Of a DNA stretch of 64,000 nt, positions 50,312 through 63,132 are shown in pieces. Below the pieces are notes generated by a model, which worked only from the letters and a program-made list of their open reading frames with translations, was not told the DNA's origin and did no database searches. The DNA lies in the NCBI RefSeq assembly GCF_006345805.1, contig NC_043003.1, positions 7,502,001-7,566,000 of the forward strand, written 5' to 3'. Source of the stretch: Octopus sinensis (lineage: Eukaryota). The position numbers and the translations under genes were made by a program. The stretch's first letter is position 1, and the number at the start of each line of letters is the position of its first letter.

Positions 50312-52897
50312 TTAATCAAGACACTAAATCTGACAGAAGCACAATGTAAAAGTGCACCTTTGATAGAGATCTGCGGAGAGGCCACTCTAATGTTTAAAAC
50401 CCACAAAGATGTAGATTTTCACTTGGAACCTTTGCGTGAATGGGCATTGAAAGCAGAGTTGGTACAGAAACAATTGTAATTGTTCATTAAAGATATTAAC
50501 TTCTTTTTTGTCTTCTTTGGATCATATATATCATCATCATCATCATTTAACGTCCGCTTTCCATGCTGGCATGGGTTGGACGGTTCAACTGGGGTCTGGG
50601 ATGCCAGGAGGCTGCATCAGGCCCAGTCTGATCTGGCAGTGTTTCTACAGCTGGATGCCCTTCCTAACGCCAACCACTCCGTGAGTGTAGTGGGTGCTTT
50701 TTACGTGCCACCCGCACAGGTGCCAGACAGAGCTGGCAAACGGCCACGAACGGATGGTGCTTTTTACGTGCCATATTTATATAATAATATATGCTCCATT
50801 TAGAGTGACAAAACCTAAACAATTGACCGAAAAAGATGAGCTGAACCAGAGGGAATTGAACACAACATCAGTGCTTACATGGCTCCGTACACACCCAATT
50901 CAGCCACATAGCCCATCCATCAATTTCTGCCAGATTTAATTTGTAGATAATTTTAGTCTATAATATTTATAAGTAAATATTGTAAATGAACCTGAAGGCT
51001 CTCGGCAATTAAAAACCTTCAGGTTCGTTTACAAAATTTATAAATACATATATATGTCCAACCCATGCACGCATGGAAAGCGGACGTTAAACGATGATGA
51101 TATATATATATATATATATATAAAATCATCATCATCGTTTAACATCATTTTCCATGCATGCATGGGTAGGATGGTTGACAGGAGCCAGCCAGGTAGAAAA
51201 CTACCCTAGGCTACTGTTTTGGCAGGGTTTTTATGGCTGGATGCCATTCCAAACAGCAAACACTCTGCCGAGTGGACTCGGTGTTTTTTACGTGGCACAA
51301 GCACAGACAAGGTTAATGACATAATTTATTCGTTGGGTTTTTTTGTTTCTGTTTATCAAATCCATTCAGTGCTTTGGTCAGACCAGAGTAATTGTAAAAC
51401 ACACTTGCCCACCATGCAGTGGGATTGAAACAAGAACCGTGAGGTTGAGAAGCAAGATTCTCAAAGACGCAGCCATACTTGCACCTGGGAAAAACACTGA
51501 GAATATCTTAGAGAATGGCTTAGTGGTTAGGGTGTCAGCACCATGATTGTAAGATTGTGGTTTTGATTCCTGGACCAGGCAACGCGTTGTGTTCTTAAGC
51601 AAAACACTTCATTTCACATTGCTCCAGTCCACTCAGCTGGCAAAAATGATTAATGCTGCGATAGACTGGCGTCCCATCCAGCTGGGGAACACATACGCCA
51701 TTGAAACCAGGAAACTGGGTGCATTTTATTTTAATTTTATTTGGTGTTATTGATCCAATGCTGACATGACATCAAACCTTTTAATCTTTTTCTTGTTCTC
51801 TCTCTCCCTCTCTCCTTCTATGTGTGTCAGCATCCAGTTATGTTTCTCCATGTAATGGTTCCCCCCTCCTTGTGTTACCATATCTCTCTTTGTGTTTGAG
51901 AAGGAAAGTGGTTCTTTTGTTTTCAATTAACGTGTAATATCTTCTGTCTCTCTCTCTCTCTTTCTCTCAGTGTGTGTCTAGTTCTGCTTGCATGTGTGTT
52001 TACGTGTCTTCGCTTCCAGTGCCAAAACAGACCAAATACCCAACCAGCTGTGCCAAAATTGTCCCCTTCAGTCTTTGGAGAATGCTAGCCTCATATTATC
52101 CCCAATAAAGTCCTCCCACCATCACCCATTTTTGTGCACCCTGCTTCAGACTCTGCTCTAAGCATTACACCCAGTTCTCTCTCTGGACTCCCTGACTCCA
52201 CTTAAATATTTTTCTCCAGTCATTGAACTTATTGGTAACTGAGTTCCAGCAAAAATCATGGACAGGGCTCCTTTCTCCAGATCAATCCTATAGGTAAGGG
52301 GTGGAAAAAACCCCTATTAAATATCACTTTTTCTGGCTTCAGTCATTGGACTTGAGACCATGTTGGGGCACCGCCTCCCAGAGTTTCTAGTTCAGCTGAT
52401 CCCTTTGACTTTAGTACTTATTTTAGTTTGGTATTTATTGCTATCCAAGTTACAAGTCATAACATTAGTTTTAGACCTATGTAAGCACATGTACATATAT
52501 TTATGTGTGCCTGTATACCTGTGCTTTTGGATGTGTGTGTGTGTGTGTATTTGCACAGTTTCCACCGCCAAATTTCCATTCTAAAGGTATGGTAGAATAG
52601 ACTTGCTCAAGGTACTGCTTAGCAGGATTGAAACTGAAATTGCATGGGTGCAAAACGAACTTCTTAAACATACAACTGTGCCCCGTATCTTATATGTGAC
52701 AACTTTCGACATTTGGTTCACAGGCGTGGCTCTGTGGTAAGGGGGTTGCTTCCCAACCACATGGTTCCAGATCTAATCCCACTGCATGCCACTTTAGGCA
52801 AGTGTCTTCTACTCTTGACTTGGGACAACCAAAGCTTTGTGAGTGGATTTGATGGACTGAAACCCAAATAAACTCGATATATATGTATATATATATA

Positions 52898-53014
52898 CTT
52901 TATTTAAAAGCAGCAGAAATATAACAAAAGCTGTTACTCAGAGTTTCACGTTCCCGTACGTCGGACAGTTTTGTTAACAAGCTTTTGTTATATTTCTGCT
53001 GCTTTTAAATAAAG
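52898..53014. repeat. Perfect 35-bp inverted repeat at an inversion junction carrying a hammerhead-like motif (minus strand)
   Basis: CTTTATTTAAAAGCAGCAGAAATATAACAAAAGCT at 52898-52932 is the reverse complement of 52980-53014. Confidence 0.9.
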
Positions 53015-53083
53015 CATATTACTCTACCTCTGGTATTTGAGTACTCCTTTCGCCACCTTGTTTCACATTTATGTGCTTACTCC

Positions 53084-53142
<59 letters not shown>

Positions 53143-53630
53143 GCCACTACACACATTTTTTTCTCTCCTTGTATTTTCTGTGTCCCTTTCTGTAGAAGAG
53201 CGTAGGCTCGAAATGTAAAATACTTTTTCTATTCCTGAGCGTTATACTAATACATCTGTTTGTTTTGTACACCACCTGTCTTCGTCTTTTGTTTTTTTTT
53301 TGTAAACTCTCCTATACATACACACACACACACACATATATAATGGGTGTATTTGTCCCCCAATATTGTTTGACAACTGGTTCTGGTGTGTTTACGCTCC
53401 CATAACTTAGCAGTTTGGCAAAGGGATTGATAAAATAAGTACCAGGCTTAATAGAAATATAAGTGCTGGAGTTGATTCATTCGACTGAAAAGCTTCTTCA
53501 AGGCTGTGCTCCAGCATGGCCGCAGTCTAATGACTGGAACAAAGGGGGTGGGGAGAAGACGAGTTCTTTAGATGTGTTTGTATCTTAAAAGAAAATGTTC
53601 GTTGTAGGTAGATACGATCATACCTTAAGA

Positions 53631-54197
53631 CAGGGGTCGAGGTACATCTTTTTAACCATTTACCTCAAAATGTATTTATTTATGCCGATGTAACCCCCTT
53701 GGTTTCAAAGGAAGAAAATTATAGATTCTTTGAATTCAAAAGATTTATTGAATCTAATTATATGGAAAATACAATTATAAATATAAAAAGTATAAAACAA
53801 ATGCAATAAAATAAATTAATAACCTCATTATGAAACAAAAGGATTTTTCTAAAAACTTTTTCAATTCAGGTTTTGGAGAAATGATGTTGCATTTTTGATA
53901 CAATTACATCAAAATTGGGGCACTTTGGTGCCAGAACAATTTGGATACAGTCTTTGGGATCCAGTTGATTACTCTGCTTTGTTTTGAGTGGAAAATCCTT
54001 GTTTGCAAAGATAGGTTGTTGCAAAAGGCAGCAACGTTTTTGACTGGTCTCTTCATGTTAGAGGAAAAAATTCTGTCGTAACAAGGAACAGGTTTTTTTA
54101 AATATAATTTCGCCTATGTCTAATGTTCCCTCATTACCCTCGAGAATTTCATTTTTATCCCACTTAGGGTTCTTAACCCAGGTTCGTCAACCCCCTG
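53631..54197 (-). mobile_element. Internally deleted hAT (Charlie/Buster) element with transposase C-terminal remnant
   Basis: CAGGGG termini and exact 8-bp TSD CCTTAAGA (53623-53630, 54198-54205). Minus strand encodes LPFATTYLCKQGFST then, frameshifted, KTKQSNQLDP...KMQHHFS. Confidence 0.88.
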
Positions 54198-54497
54198 CCT
54201 TAAGAAAATCTGTTTGTCATCTTTGGCTGTTGGTCTGTTGGAGCTGACTTCAGTCTAAACAGCCAAGTACCTCAGTCAGCTACAGTTGGGGGTAAAATTC
54301 GAGGTGTACATTGAATCAGCTTTAGTTAAGGGACAGGTTTATGTTACTGATTTATCTGTCAGTCATGGCACTGCTAGAGTACTCGCTTTGAAGGGTTTAG
54401 TTGCACAAACTAATCCCTTTATTTATTTTTTTTTTTTAAAGCTTCTTTCGGTCAGTTTTGTCGAACCGCTATGTAAGAGAAATATAAACAAACACGG

Positions 54498-54745
54498 GGT
54501 ACTACTTAAGAAGAGTGGTCCCGGTGCGCGCACTCACGCATCCGGGCTAGCTAGTCGTGACTAGTCGATCGTAACTTTCTGTTTTTGTTTTATTTACTTT
54601 GTTTTAAAAAAATTATTTACTCCGTGTAAAAAAAATTATTTATTTAGTCTTTTATTTACTTTGCTAGGTAGTCGTTGTAGGATCGACTAGTCACGACTAG
54701 CTAGCGCGAGTGCGCGCACCGGGACCACTCTTTTTAAGTAGTACC
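54498..54745. mobile_element. Long-TIR MITE, copy 1 (GG termini, Merlin-like?)
   Basis: TIRs of about 70 bp, GGTACTACTTAAGAAGAGTGGTCCCGGTGCGCGCACTC...GCTAGCTAGTCGTGACTAGTCGATC, around a T-rich core. Confidence 0.75.
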
Positions 54746-55048
54746 ATCAAACACAATGCACTCGCACACACGACGAACGTTTTTCACTTTCTGTCTGCCA
54801 AATCCCCTCAAGGTTTTAGTCTGCCCTGGGCTGCAGTAGATTTTTACCCAAGTTGCTGCACAGTGGAACCGAACCCAAGACTACGTGGTTTAGAAGCCAG
54901 CCTCTTCAGGCACAAACGCACAGCTGCGCCTCTTCCTTTGACTCACATCGCCAAGTAATCAATCCCGGCGGCTCCTGGTGTCTACGTGTAACGTTACTAA
55001 TAATCACTGTCATCGTATGTTCTTAACACAATTTGGGTAGACGTGTTT

Positions 55049-55302
55049 GGTACGACCCAAGAAGAGTGGTCCCGGTGCGCGCACTCGCATACTCTCGCAT
55101 CCGCGCTAGCTAGTCGTGACTAGTCGATCCTTACTTTGTGTTTTTGTGTTTTATTTACTTTTTTTTAAATTATTTACTTTGTGTATAAAAATTTTGTGTT
55201 TTATTTACTTTGCTAAATAGTCGTTGTAGGCTCGACTAGTCACGACTAGCTAGCGCGACTACGCGAGTGCGCGCACCGGGACCACTCTTCTTAAGTAGTA
55301 CC
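55049..55302. mobile_element. Long-TIR MITE, copy 2
   Basis: Same TIRs and core orientation as copy 1. Flanked by a 7-bp direct repeat CGTGTTT. Confidence 0.75.
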
Positions 55303-55741
55303 CGTGTTTTACCGTGACACACGTACAAATCAGCAAAAATAAAAAGAAAGAACAAGAATAAGACCTGCTACATCCGTCCCGGGTTAATGTTACGGGTAGA
55401 GACGTTTTTTTTTTTAATTCAATAACGAAATTACACCAAGGTACCCGACAGCCATGTTGCACTTGTTTCGAAATAAAAGAAAATTGAAGTCGATGGGTGG
55501 ATGGTCGGGTAGACTGCTTGAGTTATTATAAATCCTGGGTATTGTTTTCAGCCTGTAATATCTATTAAAATATTTCTTTGTCAGAACCGACCTCGTACGC
55601 ACACGTGTACACTGCACACATCCGTCGCCATCCGGATCAGATTACACCCGATTTACACGTGTTTTTCTTTCCCTGTTTCTGAATTATAACTTCTCTATCT
55701 CTGACAATATCTATCTACTTTCTTAAATTTTTAACGGCGAA

Positions 55742-55814
55742 GGTAAAGAATACGCACACCCAGTGTTTAGGGTTAGGGTTACGCCGAAAACGGGTGGTGT
55801 GCGTATTCTTTACC
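55742..55814. other. 19-bp perfect inverted repeat enclosing telomeric TTAGGG repeats
   Basis: GGTAAAGAATACGCACACC ... TTTAGGGTTAGGGTTA ... GGTGTGCGTATTCTTTACC. Confidence 0.85.
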
Positions 55815-55825
55815 GCCGCGTATCT

Positions 55826-55869
<44 letters not shown>

Positions 55870-56070
55870 AATTAAGGACCAATTATGTTCTTGATCTGAG
55901 AACATAATCTTTTGTGGAGAATGGCGATTTGACGTCTATATCTAGCATGTTGACTGTCCACTTTTCGTGTTCAGTCCTTAATTGGTATATATAAATATTT
56001 TAATCTTCGGATTCTTTTTTAATATGCTAGACCACTGGTCTTAATTGATAAATATCAATTTCTACCCTTA

Positions 56071-56113
<43 letters not shown>

Positions 56114-56363
56114 ATAAATATTAGGGAATAAATCCAAATTTACAGGGAAAAATCAGATTTAGGATTAAATCCAATTTTATAGTAAAATATTATATAATAT
56201 AATTCGAGACAAAACCACTACTTTGCAAAACAAACAAGGAAAGACTTAATCAATACATAAAAATTTGTAATATAAATTTCTTTATTTCTTTATATTACAA
56301 ATTTTTATGTATTGATTAAGTCTTTCCTTGTTTGTTTTGCAAAGTAGTGGTTTTGTCTCGAAT

Positions 56364-56412
<49 letters not shown>

Positions 56413-56600
56413 TAAATAATATTGTGTGTGTATGTATATGTCCATATATATCCATAAAACTTTTACAAGTGGGGGTGACAGTGACTTCGATGGACTCTGT
56501 ATTCTGTACCAAAAGTTCAAAAATTTAATTCTTCAATTTAATCTTAAAATGTTTTTATATAGAAAAAGAAGCGCTCTCTCTTTCTCTCTGTGTGTGTATG

Positions 56601-56636
<36 letters not shown>

Positions 56637-57673
56637 TATGTGCGCACCTTTCTCTCGTTACAGCTAATGAATTTGCTAACATGCGACACACGTTCTTCAG
56701 TTGAAATTCACGTTTAAAATTTATTTTTACCTGCAGTATCGATGTTTTTTTGCTTTTAATATTGCTTCAAATTCACTCTTTAAACGTTAGGATGACTTGT
56801 TTCATTGACGTTTAAAGAATGCCAAGGCGAGGGCCATTTAAATTCAGAGACGTAAAATGCCGTGGCATGTCAGAACATATATATTGAAATCCAGGATTGT
56901 CTGCTTATGTCACTTGTTGCCAGACTCGGGCTACTAACAGCCGATTAGGCTACTTCATCGGGAATGCAAGCTCACTGTTATTTGTCTTTGAAGTTTGTGC
57001 GATTTGTTACTTAGATTTTAAGCGCAAGAATTCTATCGGATATTAAATACGCTACGAAATCAAGATCTACCTACGGGCATGTGTGTGTGTGTGTGTGTGT
57101 GTACACATATATAGAAATGTATGAGTGTGTGTATATATATATATAGATATATTTGTTTTATGGTCCCCATCATAGCCATTTGTGTGTGTATACTCTTTTT
57201 ACTCTTTTACTTGTTTCAGTCGTTTGACTGCGGCCATGCTGGAGCACCACCTTTTTAGTCGAGCAAATCGACCCCGGGACTTATTCTTTGTAAGCCCAGT
57301 ACTTCTTTTTTGCCGAACCGCTAAGTGACGAGGACGTAAACACACAAGCATCGGTTGTCAAGCAATGCTAGGGGGACAAACACAGACACACAAACACATA
57401 CACACACACACATATATATATATACATATATATATACATATATATATATATATCTATGACGGGCTTCTTTCAGTTTCCGTCTACCAAATCCACTCACAAG
57501 GCATTGGTCGGCCCGGGGCTATAGCAGAAGACACTTGCCCAAGATGCCACGCAATGGGACTGAACCCGGAACCATGTGGTTGGTTAGCAAGCTACATACT
57601 ACACAGCCACTCCTGCGCCTATATGTGTATAAAAAATAAATAAAATGTGTGTGGTGTGTATGTTTATATATAT

Positions 57674-58140
57674 ATTGGTTTGTCCCATAAATAATGCAGG
57701 TTTTTTTTTTATACTTCTTTTATTTTTCAAAATTAAGATGAACAAAGTTCTTTCTTACTCTAAAGTATACTCTCCTTCATTTTCTACAATGCTCTTCCAT
57801 CTATCTGCTAGACTTGCAAGGCCCCTCTTTCCAAAATCCACTTGTCTGTAACGAAAAATACTCCTCCACTACTGTTCTGACCTCATCTACAGAATTCATA
57901 TTTTTTTCATCCAAATGATTTTGAATACTGCAAAATAAAAATGATAATCAGATTGGGCAATGTCCAGCGAATATGGTGGGTGGGGAATCGTTTCCCATTC
58001 AAACGACTCCAGTCTTTGGAATGTCATCCTCACTGTATGTGGCTGAGCGTTATCCTGATGGAAGAACACCTTTCGTCTTGAAACCAAAGATGGTCGTTTT
58101 TCCTCTAGCGCTGACTTAAGCTGCTCATAGTAGATCTGTT
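57674..58140 (-). mobile_element. Mariner transposon 3' portion (transposase C-terminus and TIR)
   Basis: FFHQDNAQPH and HPPYSLDIAQSDYHF motifs. TIR-like TATTGGTTTGTCCCATAAATAATG at about 57674. Truncated by a SINE at about 58140. Confidence 0.85.
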
Positions 58141-59309
58141 TAACGTCCATTTTCCATTCTAGCATGGGATGGGTGGTTCGACTGGGGTTTGGGAAACCAG
58201 GAGGCTGCACCAGGCTCTAGTCTGATCTGGCAGAGTTTCTACAGCTGGATGCCCTTCCTAACGCCAACCACTCCATGAGTGTAGTGGGTGCTTTTTACAT
58301 GCCACTGCCAGAGGAGGCTGGCAAACGGCCACGATTGGTTGGTGCTTTTTACGTGTCACCGACATGGATGCCAGTCAAGGCAGTGCTGGCATTGGCCACG
58401 TTTGGATGGTGCTTTTTACGTGCCACCTGCACGTAAATTTCCATTTGATTTTTATTTTGATGTTGATGTTGTTGTACTTGACTCAATAGGTCTCCTCAAG
58501 CACAGCAGGTCATCCTACGATCCAAGGTTAGCACAGCACGCCCTCATACACACACACATATATTCATTTAACGTCCATGCTCACAGGAGTTGGGTGATTT
58601 GAGAGGAATTGATTAGTCTGAGAGTCATGGTGGTCTTCATTGTCTACTTTGGCAATGTTTCCTATGACTAGGTGCCCTTCCCAGTGCCAACCATTTTATT
58701 GTGTACTGGCTGCATTCTTTTTGTGGTACCACCTTTTGTGGGGTCACTAAGTGACTTGCAAGACAAAACCCCTTTCACAGAGTTGGTGATGCAGTATTGG
58801 GGGAGGTGGCTTTTTGACAGGTGTTGGGAGGGATAGGAACAGGTGTCTTGCTTTGCTGTAGAGGAGTTAGTAGGGTATCCCAGCAGGAAAGTGGTGGCGG
58901 TGGAGATAAGGTATCAGGGCATACCCTCAAAGTACAAGAAAGTGGGTAGTAATGGCAGTTGACCGAGAGGAAGAGAAAGGGTAGTTGGAGAGATGATTCC
59001 ATCAGGCGACTGAGACATTAGAATGTCACCATCATCCTTTAACGTCTGCTTTCCATGCTGGCATGGGTTAGACAGGTTGACTGGAACTGGTAAGCCAAAG
59101 AACTGCACCAGGTTCCAGTTTGGTTTTGGTTTGGTTTCTATGGCTGGATGCCTCTCCTAATGGCGACCACCCCTGAGAGTAGTGGTCGCTTTGTATGTGT
59201 CACTGGTTACAACTATGATTTCACTTGGCTTAACGAGTCTTCTCAAGCACAACAAATCACTTGTCATTGCCTCTGTGACTGGGTCTCAACATTTGAAGTT
59301 CATGCTTCA

Positions 59310-59550
59310 TCACCTTGTCTCATGTCTTCCCTCACAGTTAAGAGATTGGCTCGTCTCTATGTAGCTGTCCACGACCATACCAGTGCAGTCACCTCTCCTG
59401 CACACCACATCTGATGTCTCTTATGCCCAATTTTTCTCTCAAGATGCTTACACTCTGTCATACATGTACACTGGCGTTGCACATCCAGCAGAGCTTACTA
59501 AGTTTATTTCTTTCAAGCTTTTGCATGTCCTCTGCAGTCACAGCCCATAT
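59310..59550 (-). mobile_element. RTE LINE fragment
   Basis: WAVTAEDMQKLERN... matches the same region of the copy at about 62260-62300. Confidence 0.7.
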
Positions 59551-59611
59551 ATATATATATAGACATAAACACATATATATAAGCAGACATATATATAAGC
59601 AGACATATATA

Positions 59612-59655
<44 letters not shown>

Positions 59656-59657
59656 AT

Positions 59658-60047
59658 TTATATATATATAAAGCTGAAGTTGTCTGTGTGTGGCAGGTTT
59701 GGTAGCCTTCAACTAATACTATCTCCTCCGAGACCCTGCGGCGCAAGTTGACCAAAATTGAGAGTATGATAGAAGAAGGCTTGCTCTTCATTCTGTAGAA
59801 GATAAAATTCAAATCGGACCATGTTAACACCAAAAATTATTTACATCATAAAGGTGCTTTTTTTCTATGAAAATCCTTATTTTTTACGATTTTTGACTGC
59901 TGTGTTGCAACTTTTCGGTGTATTTCAACCAGAAAATGTTCACTTAAAGAGAATAACAAAGCTACACAATGCAAAATATTTACTTTTCAAAAATTCCAAT
60001 TCTAAAGGGTTGAGACAAACCCGAGCAACGCCAGGTGATACTGCTAG
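59658..60047 (+). mobile_element. Solitary non-autonomous Helitron, about 390 bp
   Basis: 5' ..TATATATAAAGCTGAAGTTG; 3' hairpin CCCGAGCAACGCCAGG then TGATACTG-CTAG|T. Confidence 0.8.
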
Positions 60048-60244
60048 TATAGGTAAAAGCTCTCTGAACTTTGCCCGTCCTATTCTTATCTACTAGCTTG
60101 CAAAGGAGTAAATCATCTTTTATATCCCCTTCACGATTTCTTTACAGTTTGTCCCGATGCTTAATAAACGGTAACTTCTAATTTCTTAGCCTTAAATTTT
60201 AACCAATGATCTAATCCAGTTTTCTTGTCTATTTTCCAATTCAG

Positions 60245-60340
60245 TGTCTGCAATACAGTCCAGAACATGCCAGAATTTTATTCTTGTCCTCAAGATTATT
60301 TTGATTATGAGGAGGACCTGAACTCTGCACTTGGTGATGA
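60245..60340 (+). CDS. Unidentified gene, internal exon (VCNTVQNMPEFYSCPQDYFDYEEDLNSALGD)
   Basis: Acceptor ttttcttgtctattttccaattcag, donor GTAAGT, open frame, phase 2/2. Confidence 0.7.
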
Positions 60341-61779
60341 GTAAGTTGTTCTATTTATTATTATTATTATTTTATTCGTCTGCACTTTTGTTGCTTTTAT
60401 TGATCATGGTTTCCCAAATACATTGTCATGGCTTCACTGAGCCATGTGAAGGCGCATGGCTCAGTGGTTAGAGCGTCGAGCTTACGATCGTGAGGTTGTG
60501 AGCTCGAATCCCGGACCGGGCTGCGTGTTGTGTTCTTGAGCAAGATACTTTATTTCACATTGCTCCAGTTCACTCAGCTGTAGAAATGAGTTGCGATGCC
60601 ACAGGTGCCAAGCTGTATCGGCCCCTTTGCCTTTCCCTTGGATAACATCAGCGGCGTGGAGAGGGGAGGCTGGTATGCATGGGCGACTCCTGGTCTTCCA
60701 TAAACAACCTTGCCTGGACTTGTTCATGGGAGGGTAACTTTCTAGGTGCAATCCCACGGTCAGTCATGACCGAAGGGGGTCTCAGATTGTCATTGTCCCA
60801 ACCATCTTTCTTCTTAATGTTATTGCACAAATCCTACTGAAGATCTACTGAATCCTTCTGCATTCAAATTACTCTATCAAATTTACTGCTTATTTTTACT
60901 CTTTCACTTGTTTCAGTCATTTGACTGTGGCCATGCTGGAGCACCACCTTTAGTAATACAAATCGACCCTCAAAGACTTATTCTTTGTAAGCCTAGTACT
61001 TATTCTATCGGGCTCTTTTGCTGAACCACTAACTTACAGGGATGTAAACACACCAACATTAGTTGTCAAGCAATGGTGGGAGGACAAAGACATACACTCA
61101 CATATATGGCTGGCTTCTTTCAGTTTCCGTCGACCAAATCCACTCAAGGCTTTGGTCTGCCCGAGGCTGTAGTAGAAGACACTTGCCCAAGGTGCCATGT
61201 AGTGGGACCTAACCCAGAACCATGTGGTTGGTAAGCAAGCTTCTTACCACACAGCCATTCCTGCGCCTATTCACATTGTTTTTGGATTAATCATTAATTA
61301 TCCCCTAGCTTTGAGATTTCAGTGATGTGATTGTTCATTTCTAGAATGACATTGTAGGATAGACGTGAGAGGCTCAATAGGGCTTGTTTGAACATAAAAC
61401 AGAATATTTGTGCTGGATTTGGCTGGTTTAAATGCTAAATGGTTAAGCAGTAGAAATGTCAGCGAAATAGCTTGCAGTTCTCTTCCTTTATTATATAAGT
61501 TCAAATCTTGCCAGAGTCAATGTTGCCCTAAATTCTGATAGTCAGCTTTCCCCCTCATCCAGGCTCAGTACAATAGATAAGTCAAATTTTGGCATTGATT
61601 TAATTGATTATTCCTCCCCTACAAAATTTGTGGTCTTTTGCCTGTATATAAAATTAATTATTGTTGTTAAGGTGGTGATCTGGCAGAGTTGTTAGCATGT
61701 TGGACAAAATGCCCAGCAGCATTCCTTCTGACCTCTCACATTCTGAGTTCAAATACAACCAGGCTCAACTTTGACTTCA

Positions 61780-62370
61780 TCCCCACTGGATGGCACAAAG
61801 TTTTATTAAATATGAAGGCAGACAAATCAAATCCCTTCAGATAGATGGCCTGCTTGATCTGTAGAAAAGGTGTAGGTAGAAACTCCATAAGATATACCTG
61901 GTGTGAGCTATGGACACATATGAGGTGCAGCAATATTAAAGGAAGGTTAACTGGGAAGATAATTTTTGTGTATAGCAGATGCACAGGTGCAATAAACACC
62001 AAAGATGTACAGAAAACAGCTTCCATCACATGCCAGGGGAAAAAACTAGAAGTAGTTGATAGCGTCCATTACCTAGGTGACCAAGTCAGTAACGTGGGGT
62101 GAATGCTCTGAGAGCATAGCTGCTAGAATAAGAATAGCCTGGGTAAAGTTCAGAGAGCTCCTACCTCTGCTGGTAAGAAAAGGCCTCTCGTTCAGAGTGA
62201 AAGGTAGACTATATGATGCATGTGTGCAAATAGCCATGCTACATGGCAGTAAAACATGGGTTGTGACTGCTGAGGACATGTGTAAGCTTGAGAGAAATGA
62301 AGCTAGCATGCTCTGCTGTCAGTGTACATACATGACAGAGTGTAAGTGCCCTGAGAGAAAAAGTTGGGGT
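61780..62370 (+). mobile_element. RTE LINE fragment, same family as 1-1690
   Basis: CLICRKGVGRNSI...RIRIAWVKFRELLPLL...GRLYDACV, with stops. Confidence 0.88.
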
Positions 62371-62639
62371 TGATATAATCAACTGACCCCTTTTCCTATG
62401 AAACTGCCAGCCAGCATTGTTAAAGTGGTGAATCGGCAGAATATGTTAACTTGTGGAAGAAGCTGCTTTGCAGCATTTCTTGTGGCTCTTGTTCTGAGAT
62501 CAAATCCCGTTGACGTCAACTTTGCCTTTCATTGTCAGGGTCATTAAAATAAGTACGAGTCAAATACTGGAGTCGGTGCCCCCCTCTCCTCAAATTTTTA
62601 TCATCTTGTTGGTATCATCATTTTAATGTTTGTATTGCT

Positions 62640-63015
62640 TTGATTGATCCACTTCGACTAGGACATTTGACTAGTGACTGATCCATTTTGACTAGGACAT
62701 TTGACTAGTGACTGATCTGCTTTGACTAGTGACTGATCCACTTTGACTAGTGACTGATCCACTTTGACTAGTGACTGATCCATTTTGACTAGTATATTTA
62801 ACTAGTGACTGATCCACTTTGACTAGGACATTTGACTAGTGACTGATCTGCTTTGACTAGTGACTGATCCACTTTGACTAGGACATTTGACTAGTGACTG
62901 ATCTGCTTTGACTAGTGACTGATCCACTTTGACTAATACATTTGACTAGTGACTGATCCACTTTGACTAGGACATTTGACTAGTGACTGATCCATTTTGA
63001 CGAGTATATTTGACT
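62640..63015. repeat. Composite minisatellite of 21-nt (GACTAGTGACTGATCCACTTT) and 13-nt (GACTAGGACATTT) units
   Basis: Visible directly. Confidence 0.93.
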
Positions 63016-63132
63016 AAGACAGTGTAAGAAGTTGCAAAAAACATAAACTAGAATTATGTACAACCTTATTCTCACCAAAGGGGATTTCAACCAGATATTG
63101 AGACTTTTTTTTTCTTTTACTTCTTCTCTCAG

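Noticed and set aside
53623-54205. Kolobok-type element, suggested by TTAA next to purine termini
   Set aside because: The full 8-bp TSD, CAGGGG termini and Charlie-type transposase remnant fit hAT better.
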